Virus record (IMG/VR): IMGVR_UViG_3300045988_144737
Source of the DNA: a virus
Reading direction: 5' to 3' (one strand)
Length of the DNA stretch: 64,000 nucleotides
Shown: positions 18,039-26,567 of the stretch, in pieces
Layout: the number at the start of each line of letters is the position of its first letter
Numbering within the stretch: position 1 is the first letter of the stretch
The notes under the pieces: generated by a model
Told to the model about the DNA's origin: nothing
Databases searched by the model: none
The model's input: the letters and a program-made list of their open reading frames with translations, nothing else
Program-made: the position numbers and the translations under genes

Positions 18039-18683
18039 TTATTGGTATATATCATATAACCATCTAGAACTTTTTGCTCCTTTTGGTTGTTGCTTGATTA
18101 TAGTTCCTATCTCTAAACAATCTTGCTCATTGATAGATTTTTTATTAGTAACAGTCCAAAACTTTTCCACAAAATCGATAATATTTATTTTATAAGTGTG
18201 CTTTGTTTCTCTAAAGTTAATAATTATGTAGCCAATTATATTATATTTTTTACAATCTTTATACATATTAACGATTTGGTGTAATTTAATACTCTTAGAA
18301 TTACCATTCCTTTTAATTAATTTAATCTCATAGTTTAGAGCCTTAATAAAAGACTTTTGAGCGTCGTTTTGTTTGCCCCTTATTGTTGCTCTAAAGTTGC
18401 TTAAATCGCTCTCCAATTGCTCTAATTTGACTTGTAGGTCATATGTAGCAAATGGAACACTTGTACTCTTTGTTGACTTTAGCTCATTTAAGTATAATTG
18501 CTTTTCAATACAATCATATATCACATAGTCGCATAACGATGTGTTTGTAAATCTTGAAAGACTACCACCGCCATAAGAATTGCTGGTATCTGGTGGTCTA
18601 TGAACCCAATACTTTTCTTGGTTAACACTGTTTTTAAAATCTTCTTCGAATTTCTTTCCTTCTTTGCCATTGTTTTTAGCCAT
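18039..18683 (-). CDS. recU: RecU-type Holliday junction resolvase
   Basis: The pattern ..CDYVIYDCIEKQLYLNELKSTKSTSVPF.. matches the RecU core DY-x-G...FE-x-K-x-T...P. About 210 aa. Confidence 0.6.
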   Translation of the reverse strand: MAKNNGKEGKKFEEDFKNSVNQEKYWVHRPPDTSNSYGGGSLSRFTNTSLCDYVIYDCIEKQLYLNELKSTKSTSVPFATYDLQVKLEQLESDLSNFRATIRGKQNDAQKSFIKALNYEIKLIKRNGNSKSIKLHQIVNMYKDCKKYNIIGYIIINFRETKHTYKINIIDFVEKFWTVTNKKSINEQDCLEIGTIIKQQPKGAKSSRWLYDIYQ

Positions 18684-18984
18684 AAATTACCTCTTTTTTA
18701 TCATGATTTGCCTCATAGGAAACCATCTCAACCCAATCTACCACGTCACGATGGGGTTTGCGGTCTACTTTTTCTAGGTGTTCTAGTGATGTTTTGTATT
18801 TTTCTTCTAATGTTTTTATATTGTCTTTTAGATTGAAATAGTCATCAATCATATTTTCAATGACTACAGCGTCTTTATCAAACTCAATACCGCTATGAAT
18901 GAATTGACAATAGTAATCGCCAAGGTTTGAACCCCTCAAGGTCTTAATATGCTCCCACGCTAATAGAATAACTTCTTTATCCAT
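18676..18984 (-). CDS. Hypothetical protein
   Basis: 102-aa ORF that overlaps the downstream start by 8 nt. Confidence 0.6.
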   Translation of the reverse strand: MDKEVILLAWEHIKTLRGSNLGDYYCQFIHSGIEFDKDAVVIENMIDDYFNLKDNIKTLEEKYKTSLEHLEKVDRKPHRDVVDWVEMVSYEANHDKKEVIYG

Positions 18985-19005
18985 TTTATCACCCCTAATT
19001 GTTTC

Positions 19006-19170
19006 TTAGAATTTTGTTATTTCTATGCTTTCAACATCATTTTTTGGAAATGCCACACCCTCATCATTATTTGTTGCTATATATACATATCTATCATCAC
19101 ATCGAATATCAACAAATTCTAAATTATATTCTATGCTATTACTTCCATAAAAATTAATTGTCGCTTTCAT
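19006..19170 (-). CDS. Small hypothetical protein (54 aa)
   Basis: ATG preceded by a GGGAG RBS fills an otherwise empty 170-nt gap. Below the track cutoff. Confidence 0.45.
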   Translation of the reverse strand: MKATINFYGSNSIEYNLEFVDIRCDDRYVYIATNNDEGVAFPKNDVESIEITKF

Positions 19171-19621
19171 TGTTTCTTTCTCCCTTTTTTTCTATATTAA
19201 TCATATTAGCCATTTGTGGAGGATAGAAACGGTTTTCTTCGAATGCACCATCTTCGCAAGTTCCATCACTATAACTACGATGTGGATATATTCCAGCGAT
19301 AAAATCTATTCTACAAAATTCATCATATTTAATATCATAAACCCACATATCCTCTTTTAAATCTTCAAGTTTGTATGGTGTAATAAAATATAATCCTTTT
19401 AGTTCATCATTTGAATTACTTAATTCTTTCGCTTTGTTAATAATTCTTTCTATTCCATTTAAAAGTTCAAAATGTTCTTCGATTAATTGGTTTATAACTA
19501 ATTCATCATTTGACATTGTGCATCTTAATTTAAATTTACATTTATCACATAACTTTCTTTGTTTACACTCAATTAAATGTTCTAATGCCTTTTCACATTC
19601 TTCTTTACTCATCATTATCAA
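19154..19621 (-). CDS. Hypothetical protein, 'ENRF(Y/F)P' paralog family
   Basis: The C-terminus MWVYD..FEENRFYPPQMANM is shared with 30006-30728 and 31466-31711. Has a Cys-rich helical N-terminus. Confidence 0.65.
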   Translation of the reverse strand: MIMMSKEECEKALEHLIECKQRKLCDKCKFKLRCTMSNDELVINQLIEEHFELLNGIERIINKAKELSNSNDELKGLYFITPYKLEDLKEDMWVYDIKYDEFCRIDFIAGIYPHRSYSDGTCEDGAFEENRFYPPQMANMINIEKKGERNNESDN

Positions 19622-19871
19622 TCCATTCCTTATTTACAAATATTTTAAATACTTCTCCAGGTGATAAACATTGCTTTCCGCTCTCCTCAATTGCTTTATG
19701 AATATGGTTGCAATCAACGATACGTCCTAACGCAAACTTACCCCTAAATAGCGTACTTGCTATTACATATTTTTCCTTAATGCCTCTATACAACATACAA
19801 TCAGAACATAATTCATCTAATAAAAGAATTAACTCTGTCTCTAATTTTAATTGCTCTTTTTTATTCATCAT
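19605..19871 (-). CDS. Hypothetical protein
   Basis: 88-aa ORF in the operon with overlapping starts and stops. Confidence 0.6.
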   Translation of the reverse strand: MMNKKEQLKLETELILLLDELCSDCMLYRGIKEKYVIASTLFRGKFALGRIVDCNHIHKAIEESGKQCLSPGEVFKIFVNKEWIDNDE

Positions 19872-20139
19872 TTTCTTTTAACCACTCTTTCCATTCTTCT
19901 TTTGTAAATGCTTCATTGCTATCCTCAACATTATATGCAACTAAACAATCATCAAACGATTCCAAATGTTTACACGCTTTATCTAGCGCTTTTTCCAGAC
20001 TCATACAATAAGTAATAACTCTAACTAACTCTGCTACATTTTCATCTCTAAAAGGATTGACATGACAAGACAATTCTTGCAACGCTGTACTAGCTTTCTT
20101 TTTATCGAACTTCCAATCTTGTTCATTCTTATTTTGCAT
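19861..20139 (-). CDS. Hypothetical protein, 'ALDKACK' paralog family
   Basis: Start moved to the ATG at 20139, after a GGAG RBS. The motifs ..EKALDKACKHL..WKEWLKENDE are shared with 31053-31469. Confidence 0.6.
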   Translation of the reverse strand: MQNKNEQDWKFDKKKASTALQELSCHVNPFRDENVAELVRVITYCMSLEKALDKACKHLESFDDCLVAYNVEDSNEAFTKEEWKEWLKENDE

Positions 20140-20413
20140 TTTCTTTTTCTCCTTCGTTGATAAATGAGTAGTCAATACCACATGTCTCTTCAAATCCAAA
20201 CAAATCATCATTGCTATCGATATGCAACATTTCAAAACCCTCATTAGATAATTTATCAATCAATACTTCATAATCATTATATGAATCTTCGTGTTTATCT
20301 AAAGTCCAATCAAAAACATCTAATTTATCTTCTGGTACAACTACATCTATAAATACATCTCTTATATACTTTTCTTTAATTTGCAATCTTAGTTTATTAC
20401 TCATTAAATCCAC
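20129..20413 (-). CDS. Hypothetical acidic protein
   Basis: 94-aa ORF in the operon. Confidence 0.55.
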   Translation of the reverse strand: MDLMSNKLRLQIKEKYIRDVFIDVVVPEDKLDVFDWTLDKHEDSYNDYEVLIDKLSNEGFEMLHIDSNDDLFGFEETCGIDYSFINEGEKENAK

Positions 20414-20416
20414 CTC

Positions 20417-20779
20417 TCAATAACTATCTTTATCTTCATTAAATAATCCATATAATGGTAGCCAATATAATTCGTCTTTGTCATTATAGTCATGACAACT
20501 CCATTTACCATTAGCTACATAGTCTATCCAATATTCATCCTTTGTAGTTGCGTAACATAATACATCATCACTTATCGTATGAGTATCGCAATCCCATTCT
20601 TGCGGTAATTCTTGTTTGGCTGACTTCCATTCGATTTTATTAATTAACGCTTGCTCCAATTGTTCGATATAATTTTGAATTGTACTAACATAACCATTTA
20701 TTTCATCTTGATACACATTCTCTTTGTCTGTTTGAATTGATAATTCATACAAAGCTTCTTTCACTTCTTTATTTTCCAT
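20417..20779 (-). CDS. Hypothetical protein
   Basis: 120-aa ORF in the operon. Confidence 0.6.
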   Translation of the reverse strand: MENKEVKEALYELSIQTDKENVYQDEINGYVSTIQNYIEQLEQALINKIEWKSAKQELPQEWDCDTHTISDDVLCYATTKDEYWIDYVANGKWSCHDYNDKDELYWLPLYGLFNEDKDSY

Positions 20780-21122
20780 CTATATCACTCCAATTCATCT
20801 CTCGACCACATCTACCGCAATATGAAAGGTTTTTAATTAATTTTTTACCACTTGGGGAAATAACAATTCTTTTTTCAATAAGTAAATTACCACAACAAGG
20901 ACAAGTGTAATAACAATCCCCCATTGGATATGAAATAATAGGTTTTTTAGGCGTAGTCTTATCAACTAATTTTTGCAAAGTATCAACTTTGCTTTTTGCG
21001 AGAGAGTTACAAATATTTTGTATATCACATTCATTACAAGCGACTCTTTTATTACAACTATTTTTTACAATATAATCTAAAGCTTCTTGATATTTATTTT
21101 CCATCTTCATCGCTATTGACAA
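20769..21122 (-). CDS. Hypothetical Cys-rich protein (zinc-ribbon-like)
   Basis: CNECD..C then CPCCG..CGRCG. The true start may be the internal MENKYQ at 21104. Confidence 0.6.
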   Translation of the reverse strand: MSIAMKMENKYQEALDYIVKNSCNKRVACNECDIQNICNSLAKSKVDTLQKLVDKTTPKKPIISYPMGDCYYTCPCCGNLLIEKRIVISPSGKKLIKNLSYCGRCGREMNWSDIDGK

Positions 21123-21435
21123 ACAACCCTCCAGACTTATATGTTAGTTCATCACCAACTTTAACTTTGTCATACAATTGTTTGTCAACTTTTACTCCTT
21201 TTTCAATATATTCATCTTTATCATCAAATTGTTTTACTATCACTTTATATTCTTCATCATGATGATGTCTTATCGGTATCATTGCCTTACCAACTCTGGT
21301 AAATGTAGTTGTTGTATATGGTTCATGATACTCTTTTTTAACAATTATAACTGTTCCATTTTTTAATTGTGGTGCACAACCAGTTAATAAAAACAACACC
21401 ATAGATAGAATAACTATCTTTTTAAATTTACTCAT
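21094..21435 (-). CDS. Lipoprotein
   Basis: Signal peptide MSKFKKIVILSMVLFLLTGC with an L-T-G-C lipobox. Confidence 0.75.
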   Translation of the reverse strand: MSKFKKIVILSMVLFLLTGCAPQLKNGTVIIVKKEYHEPYTTTTFTRVGKAMIPIRHHHDEEYKVIVKQFDDKDEYIEKGVKVDKQLYDKVKVGDELTYKSGGLFVNSDEDGK

Positions 21436-21752
21436 GCTTCATTATCCTCATCATTAACTATTATAATATCTTGTGGCATTTGAAACACATCATTGCTATG
21501 TGTTACGATTTCCCCTGACCACTCTTGTTCGTAGGCAACATTTCCAAATGTTCTTTCATTGTTCCCAATGAAATTTTGTATCATATCTAATACTTTAATT
21601 GCTTTTTCTTCGCCCTCGTATTCTCCTAATACAATTGAATCGTTGCAATTATATCCTACTACATCACAAATTCCATTAAACCAATTACTAACGCCAAATC
21701 TCGTACATTCCACTAACCTACACTTATTTTGACTTCTAATCCAAATTCCCAT
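21432..21752 (-). CDS. Hypothetical protein
   Basis: 106-aa ORF with a GGAGG RBS. Confidence 0.6.
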   Translation of the reverse strand: MGIWIRSQNKCRLVECTRFGVSNWFNGICDVVGYNCNDSIVLGEYEGEEKAIKVLDMIQNFIGNNERTFGNVAYEQEWSGEIVTHSNDVFQMPQDIIIVNDEDNEA

Positions 21753-21781
21753 CTTTTATTACCTCCTTATTTATAATATCA

Positions 21782-22420
21782 TTAATCAATGCCTTTGTAA
21801 AGACTTTTAGATAAATCATTTTCATCAAATTTATTAGCTTGTCTAAGTGCGTTGATTAGATGAATTTTACTTTCTTTACATAATCCGTAACCATATGCTC
21901 TATATCTATAAGAACGCTCAAATGTACTAAATGGATATAATAGATTTGAACTATCTAATACTAATTTCTTTTCTAATAAATGCTCAAAGAATTTTGGATG
22001 GTGATAAACATAATAATCATAAATTAATATATCCTCGCCATCTTCATCAACATAGCTATCAGTTTCATAGTAATAGCAAAACTTAGTAATACTAAAGTCG
22101 AAGCTATTTAACAATTCTTTTGGTTGCCCAAATGTCTTTTTGCATAATTCAACAACAATTCCACTATCATTTTCTTTGTAGGCAACAACATTCTCATTCT
22201 TATAAGCCAAGGTAAAATCAGGATTATCTTGATACTTTTTGTTGGCGTTGTTAAAATCGGTTTCATTTCTAAAGAATATATCTATATCTTTAACATGTCC
22301 TCCGTTAAAAATATTTTTGAAACAACCACCAGCAATAATTCCATCTGTTCCAAGTAAAAATCTTTTTAAAAAAGATAATTTAAAGAATTCACTTCCATCT
22401 CTACATACTAAATCTTCCAT
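21782..22420 (-). CDS. Putative nucleotidyltransferase (PolyA-pol/CCA-adding head-like)
   Basis: IIAGGCFKNIFNGGHVKDIDIFF resembles the GG-x(9-10)-D-x-D motif of pol-beta-fold NTases (CCA-adding enzymes: GGxVRDxLLGxxxxDxD). At 212 aa it is only head-domain length. Confidence 0.4.
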   Translation of the reverse strand: MEDLVCRDGSEFFKLSFLKRFLLGTDGIIAGGCFKNIFNGGHVKDIDIFFRNETDFNNANKKYQDNPDFTLAYKNENVVAYKENDSGIVVELCKKTFGQPKELLNSFDFSITKFCYYYETDSYVDEDGEDILIYDYYVYHHPKFFEHLLEKKLVLDSSNLLYPFSTFERSYRYRAYGYGLCKESKIHLINALRQANKFDENDLSKSLYKGID

Positions 22421-22421
22421 A

Positions 22422-22889
22422 TTATTCTCCTTTTACTTCTTGATTCCAACATTCTATGCAATCCATTTTAGAGCATGGACTTTCTAAAATTACAGGACAA
22501 AACCCATCATACATTTCTTGGTCTTTTACAAATTCTTCGTAAGAACAATTGTTTTCTCTAAGATATTTACTTAAATAAGTTTCTTTTTGTTTCTTATTGT
22601 CATCAATTACCTCTTCATAAATTTGTTTAAAAATATCAGACCTGCACAAATTAAAATCCCCATGTGCATCCTTAATGATGTAATCACCATAATCAACCAT
22701 CATTGTTTCTTGTAGCACGTCAATTGCAATGCTAACTAGCGTTTTCTTTATTAATACCCCTTCTATATCAAAATGTTTTATATAATTTTCAATTAAATCA
22801 CTACCAACAAAATTACGTACTTCTTCTAAATTATTTCCCGTCCATTGAATAGCTTCCACAACTACGGGTTTCTTTCTATATTTTTTCAT
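22422..22889 (-). CDS. Hypothetical protein with Cys-rich C-terminus
   Basis: Start taken at MKKYRKKPVVVEAIQW, after a GAGGAG RBS. This is a common phage N-terminal domain of unknown function. Confidence 0.6.
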   Translation of the reverse strand: MKKYRKKPVVVEAIQWTGNNLEEVRNFVGSDLIENYIKHFDIEGVLIKKTLVSIAIDVLQETMMVDYGDYIIKDAHGDFNLCRSDIFKQIYEEVIDDNKKQKETYLSKYLRENNCSYEEFVKDQEMYDGFCPVILESPCSKMDCIECWNQEVKGE

Positions 22890-23277
22890 TATTACTAATC
22901 TCCTCATTATCTTCTTTAATGCTTTTGTCTATCATATCTTTTATCTTTTCTTTAGTAAAGTTGCACAATGAACAACAACCGCTTATACTCCAATTTTTAT
23001 ATTCACCAACGCCTTTGCCACAATAACTAAAACCATGTTGTTTAAATCCATATTTACCATTTTCCAATATTTCAAAATTTTCATATGGCAATTGTATATA
23101 ATAATCATATTTTTTAGAGGATTTATAATACTCTAACGACTTCACAACATTCTCTTCTTGAGAATGCAAATATGTTACAACTTCGTGTTGTGCTTTAAGA
23201 TACGCTTTAACAAATTCACTATCTTTTAACTCATATAATGTATCAGCGTATTTTAACAATTCTTGTCTTGTTACCAT
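22876..23277 (-). CDS. Hypothetical protein
   Basis: 133-aa ORF in the operon. Confidence 0.6.
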   Translation of the reverse strand: MVTRQELLKYADTLYELKDSEFVKAYLKAQHEVVTYLHSQEENVVKSLEYYKSSKKYDYYIQLPYENFEILENGKYGFKQHGFSYCGKGVGEYKNWSISGCCSLCNFTKEKIKDMIDKSIKEDNEEISNNEKI

Positions 23278-23280
23278 ATT

Positions 23281-23748
23281 CTAATCCTCTATTCCAAAAT
23301 AATATTTTTTAATATCTTCTTCGCCAAAACGTGATATTAATTCTTCTAATACTTCTCTACTTTCAAAATATAAAATCGCTTGCCTACGTATACTCCAACT
23401 ACTAATCCTAAAACTATTTTCGACCTGGTCGTAATAAAGGCAATATTTGTTTTGATTGACATCTTCCCAATTTGGTTCAAAGTTTTTAGATTTCTCTTTA
23501 AATGCTACTTGAATTTCTAAATAACGTTCACATTCTTTTTCGGTTTTGAAAATTCTTAAAAAATCTTTGCGATAATTGCTAGTTGTGCTATCGTCCCAAT
23601 AAGCATAAACAACATACCCATTTGTACCAACAAACCAATAGGCTTGTCCGTATTTTGGAAACTCATCATCCTCAATTTTCACTTCTTTTAATTCATCTAA
23701 TTCTTTTTCTAGCTTTGCTATTCTTTCTTCATATTCTTTTCTATTCAT
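23281..23748 (-). CDS. Hypothetical protein
   Basis: 155-aa ORF with a coiled-coil N-terminus. Confidence 0.6.
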   Translation of the reverse strand: MNRKEYEERIAKLEKELDELKEVKIEDDEFPKYGQAYWFVGTNGYVVYAYWDDSTTSNYRKDFLRIFKTEKECERYLEIQVAFKEKSKNFEPNWEDVNQNKYCLYYDQVENSFRISSWSIRRQAILYFESREVLEELISRFGEEDIKKYYFGIED

Positions 23749-24220
23749 CTTCCATTACCTCGCAATTAGCTAGAATTTCATCAACGCTATACGGTTCTTC
23801 GTCTTCCCATTTAACGAAATTAAACAGTTCTTTAAATATACGTATACCGCTGTCCGTATATTTCCAAACAAGTTCACCTCTCCATGGTTTGGTTTCATAT
23901 AAAAACAATCTATCATCTTTATCCCTTGCAATAAAGTTATATTCATTTTCCTTAGCAACTTTTAAATATTCATATTCAAATTTTGATAATTTAATTGGTT
24001 CTTTATATTCTTCTAATAATCCCATAAGTGACAACCTTAAACATTCTGAGCATGTTACCACTCCACAAATATTGTTGTTGTCATTGAAATTTGTCGTAAT
24101 TCGATGCAACCAACAAGAGAGAACCTTATCAGCATTAACATTTGTATCAAAATTTTTAATCTCTTTTTTAATCTTCTCTATCTTTAACATTTCTAAATAC
24201 CTCTTTCTTTCTTTTGACAC
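23741..24220 (-). CDS. Hypothetical protein
   Basis: 159-aa ORF with an AAAGAGG RBS. First gene behind the promoter and leader at 24221-24394. Confidence 0.6.
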   Translation of the reverse strand: MSKERKRYLEMLKIEKIKKEIKNFDTNVNADKVLSCWLHRITTNFNDNNNICGVVTCSECLRLSLMGLLEEYKEPIKLSKFEYEYLKVAKENEYNFIARDKDDRLFLYETKPWRGELVWKYTDSGIRIFKELFNFVKWEDEEPYSVDEILANCEVMEDE

Positions 24221-24359
24221 TCCCCCGATGCTTTAGCATCGTGGATTCTTACCAAGTTTGTTGTCTTATGACAACCTTATTCGTAATGGACTTGCCAATA
24301 GTCCACTAGACAGTTCTTTACTTGTAAAGTCCTGTTTACCTTTTCTTAATGTTTACTAT
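24221..24359 (-). promoter_or_regulatory. Structured 5' leader with four consecutive hairpins
   Basis: (-) sense stems: ACAG..CTTTAC/GTAAAG..CTGT, TGGACT/AGTCCA, GTTGTC/GACAAC and CGATGC/GCATCG. They lie between the predicted +1 and the RBS of the 23741-24220 gene. Confidence 0.45.
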
Positions 24360-24365
24360 ATAATT

Positions 24366-24394
24366 ATTATATACTAAAATGGTTAATATTTCAA
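24366..24394 (-). promoter_or_regulatory. Sigma-A-type promoter
   Basis: (-) sense TTGAAA (24394-24389), 17 nt, then TATAAT (24371-24366). Confidence 0.6.
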
Positions 24395-24466
24395 TCTATT
24401 TGCACCAACTTAGGTCGGCTTACATATTAGCCATTCACCCCCTAATCTAAAGATTAGGGGTTTTCT
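24371..24466 (+). ncRNA. Candidate ~95-nt small RNA antisense to the early operon
   Basis: A (+) promoter-like TTTACC (24335-24340), 18 nt, then TATAAT (24359-24364). A (+) intrinsic terminator follows: CCCCTAATC (24439-24447) pairs with GATTAGGGG (24452-24460), then TTTTCT. Confidence 0.3.
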
Positions 24467-24536
24467 GGCTTAATCATTATAAATATTTTGTAAATTTTTT
24501 TTGGCAAACGATAACAATGTCTTGGAAGTGTAACCA

Positions 24537-24893
24537 TTAGTAATCCTTCATTTCTTTTTCAACAATCTCTATGATATTGTTTGTGTTTTTATTGCTAATA
24601 TATCGAGTGCCCATAACATCAATAAATTTGTTAACCCATCTTTTTAATTTGTTTTCGTTTGCTACGTCATTATAAATATCACTTGTTCCATCATCGATAA
24701 TCATGTGAAATTTAATTCCTTTTAATCTAATATTAAAATCCATGACGTTATTGACTAAATAAAAAATAACACTTCTTCCATTGGTACTATTATATTCTAA
24801 AATATTACCTAGGTCAACCGTAATGCTTTGATAGCACTTCAATTTCTTAACAAGTTCTCGTGGATGTTGAGAAATAACTAAAATTGTCCTCAT
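24537..24893 (-). CDS. Hypothetical protein
   Basis: 118-aa ORF with an AGGGAGG RBS. Confidence 0.6.
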   Translation of the reverse strand: MRTILVISQHPRELVKKLKCYQSITVDLGNILEYNSTNGRSVIFYLVNNVMDFNIRLKGIKFHMIIDDGTSDIYNDVANENKLKRWVNKFIDVMGTRYISNKNTNNIIEIVEKEMKDY

Positions 24894-24912
24894 ATAAATC
24901 CTCCCTATTATT

Positions 24913-25008
24913 GTCTATAAACAAAATATAGAGACACTGAGAGTTGTTTATAGCACATAGGATAAATTGTTCCCATTATTGCAAACGCACTCCCATGGCT
25001 CTATATTT
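24913..25008 (-). promoter_or_regulatory. Overlapping inverted repeats (alternative hairpins or pseudoknot) in an intergenic RNA
   Basis: IR2: CTATAAACAA (24913-24922) pairs with TTGTTTATAG (24942-24951). IR1: CAAAATATAGAG (24920-24931) pairs with CTCTATATTTTG (24997-25008). One IR1 arm lies in the loop and stem of IR2. Confidence 0.3.
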
Positions 25009-25019
25009 TGAATATTTAA

Positions 25020-25607
25020 TTATTCATTGACACCTTTTCGATATTCTTGTAGTGCTTTTTCAAATGATTTTGTAGTGCTATATCCACAAGGGAATACTTC
25101 ATAGCAATGAGCATTTCGAACGCACTGAGGAACGCATACATCATACAATTCTGGTTCAAACTCTTTTATTGCTTCTAGAACTTTCTTCCAAACATATCTT
25201 GTTTCAGCACTAGCGCAATTACACAATCTCTTGCGAGAGATATTAATAATGGCTTGAAAACTTAAAGAATATTCTCCATCTTGTAACGTATATCTATTTG
25301 GAACATCGTTATAATTATTACGGTCACTTCTTAGTGTGGATATAAAAGGAGTAACACCCATTGGGTGTCTAACAAGATGACCATGAACAAATTGAGGGCA
25401 ATTATAAATTTTAATAACAAAATGACCAATTCTGATAGGAGAGTGTTCGCCCATTAACATCTTTCTTTTCCATTCGCTATCAGGGTATTTCCCCTTGTCT
25501 TTCCCTATTGTTGTCATGGTTGCATTTTTAATAACTCCCCACATATCCTCATGCCAACGAACTTCGACCTTTAATTTTGTTAAATCAGCTTTTAATTTAT
25601 CACTCAT
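25020..25607 (-). CDS. thyX: ThyX-like (flavin-dependent thymidylate synthase family), divergent
   Basis: GEHSPIRIGHFVIKIYNCPQFVHGHLVRH.. aligns with ThyX GHETPFEH..F.F.V.API.V.RQ..RHR. The later ..NISRKR..ASAETR.. aligns with NLRAD.HAQWEI. The RHR motif reads RHP. Confidence 0.55.
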   Translation of the reverse strand: MSDKLKADLTKLKVEVRWHEDMWGVIKNATMTTIGKDKGKYPDSEWKRKMLMGEHSPIRIGHFVIKIYNCPQFVHGHLVRHPMGVTPFISTLRSDRNNYNDVPNRYTLQDGEYSLSFQAIINISRKRLCNCASAETRYVWKKVLEAIKEFEPELYDVCVPQCVRNAHCYEVFPCGYSTTKSFEKALQEYRKGVNE

Positions 25608-25609
25608 AT

Positions 25610-25795
25610 CTAATCCACCTTTTTATTTTTATCAATATTCACATAATCAATGACTTTACAAAGCGCATTTTGAGCCTTGGTTAATTCAATTCTAATATAT
25701 TTATCTTCAACTAATTCATCGTTATATTTAAACTTTAATAAAGTTGATAGTTCTCGAATGTCTTGTGTTAACTCAATATTGTTATAACTATTCAT
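25610..25795 (-). CDS. Small hypothetical protein
   Basis: 61-aa ORF in the operon. Confidence 0.55.
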   Translation of the reverse strand: MNSYNNIELTQDIRELSTLLKFKYNDELVEDKYIRIELTKAQNALCKVIDYVNIDKNKKVD

Positions 25796-25797
25796 TT

Positions 25798-25992
25798 TTA
25801 ATTCCTCCTATATACTATATCAAAATATTTTCCCTCAAGAGATTTATCAATCCCTTTTAGAACGCTTAAATTCGTTGAGGAATAACAAAAATATGCCTTT
25901 TCGTTTTCAACTATTAGTTTAAATTCCTCACCTTTTTTCCACACAATTAGTTCACCATCGTAAATGTTAACCTTAAATTTTAAATACTTCAT
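25798..25992 (-). CDS. Small hypothetical protein
   Basis: 64-aa ORF with an AGGAGG RBS. Confidence 0.55.
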   Translation of the reverse strand: MKYLKFKVNIYDGELIVWKKGEEFKLIVENEKAYFCYSSTNLSVLKGIDKSLEGKYFDIVYRRN

Positions 25993-26147
25993 AAAAATTG
26001 TTTAATACCTCCTGCTTTAGAACCATAATATTTTCGTAAAATGATTATTTTTCTTTTTTCCAAAGATACTTTAAATATTTGTACAACTTATATTGTAAAA
26101 GCACACATATGCAAGTACCCAAAACACACAACACCAAATACCAATCC

Positions 26148-26567
26148 TTAGATGACATAATCGTAACATTTCCTTCTTACAAAACCGATAACAATATTGC
26201 CTTGATTAATTAATCTTAGGGCATATCTTTCGTCAATATCATCAACTAAGATAATCGGCTTATAGCTATTTTTGTTATTATATTCTGTAAGAACTAGTTG
26301 TAATGGTGTATATGGTTCTTTGAGTTCACTTTGTCTACGAGTCAATGTTAATAAGTTATCGCCTCTTTTGAAATCTAATAACAAACAAGTTTTTCCCACT
26401 CCACGAAAACTATCTCCACAAAGCAACAAATTACTCCTTGTTTTTATTGCTTCTCTAATCATAGTTTGCAAACAACCAAATACGGTTTGTGGTAATCCTG
26501 GTCTAGCCTCCATAAAAGAATTAATATTAACTTGTGATAAATCGTGATATTTGTTATTCATATTCAA
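26148..26567 (-). CDS. Small P-loop-like protein
   Basis: LLLCGDSFRGVGKTCLL is Walker A-like and PIILVDDIDE is Walker B-like. 139 aa. Confidence 0.45.
   Translation of the reverse strand: MNMNNKYHDLSQVNINSFMEARPGLPQTVFGCLQTMIREAIKTRSNLLLCGDSFRGVGKTCLLLDFKRGDNLLTLTRRQSELKEPYTPLQLVLTEYNNKNSYKPIILVDDIDERYALRLINQGNIVIGFVRRKCYDYVI

Noticed and set aside
24379-24450. 23-codon ORF (MVNISIYLHQLRSAYILAIHPLI) inside the candidate sRNA, considered as a possible type I toxin peptide.
   Set aside because: There is no Shine-Dalgarno sequence upstream. The peptide is only weakly hydrophobic, and the stop falls in the terminator loop. It is treated as non-coding.
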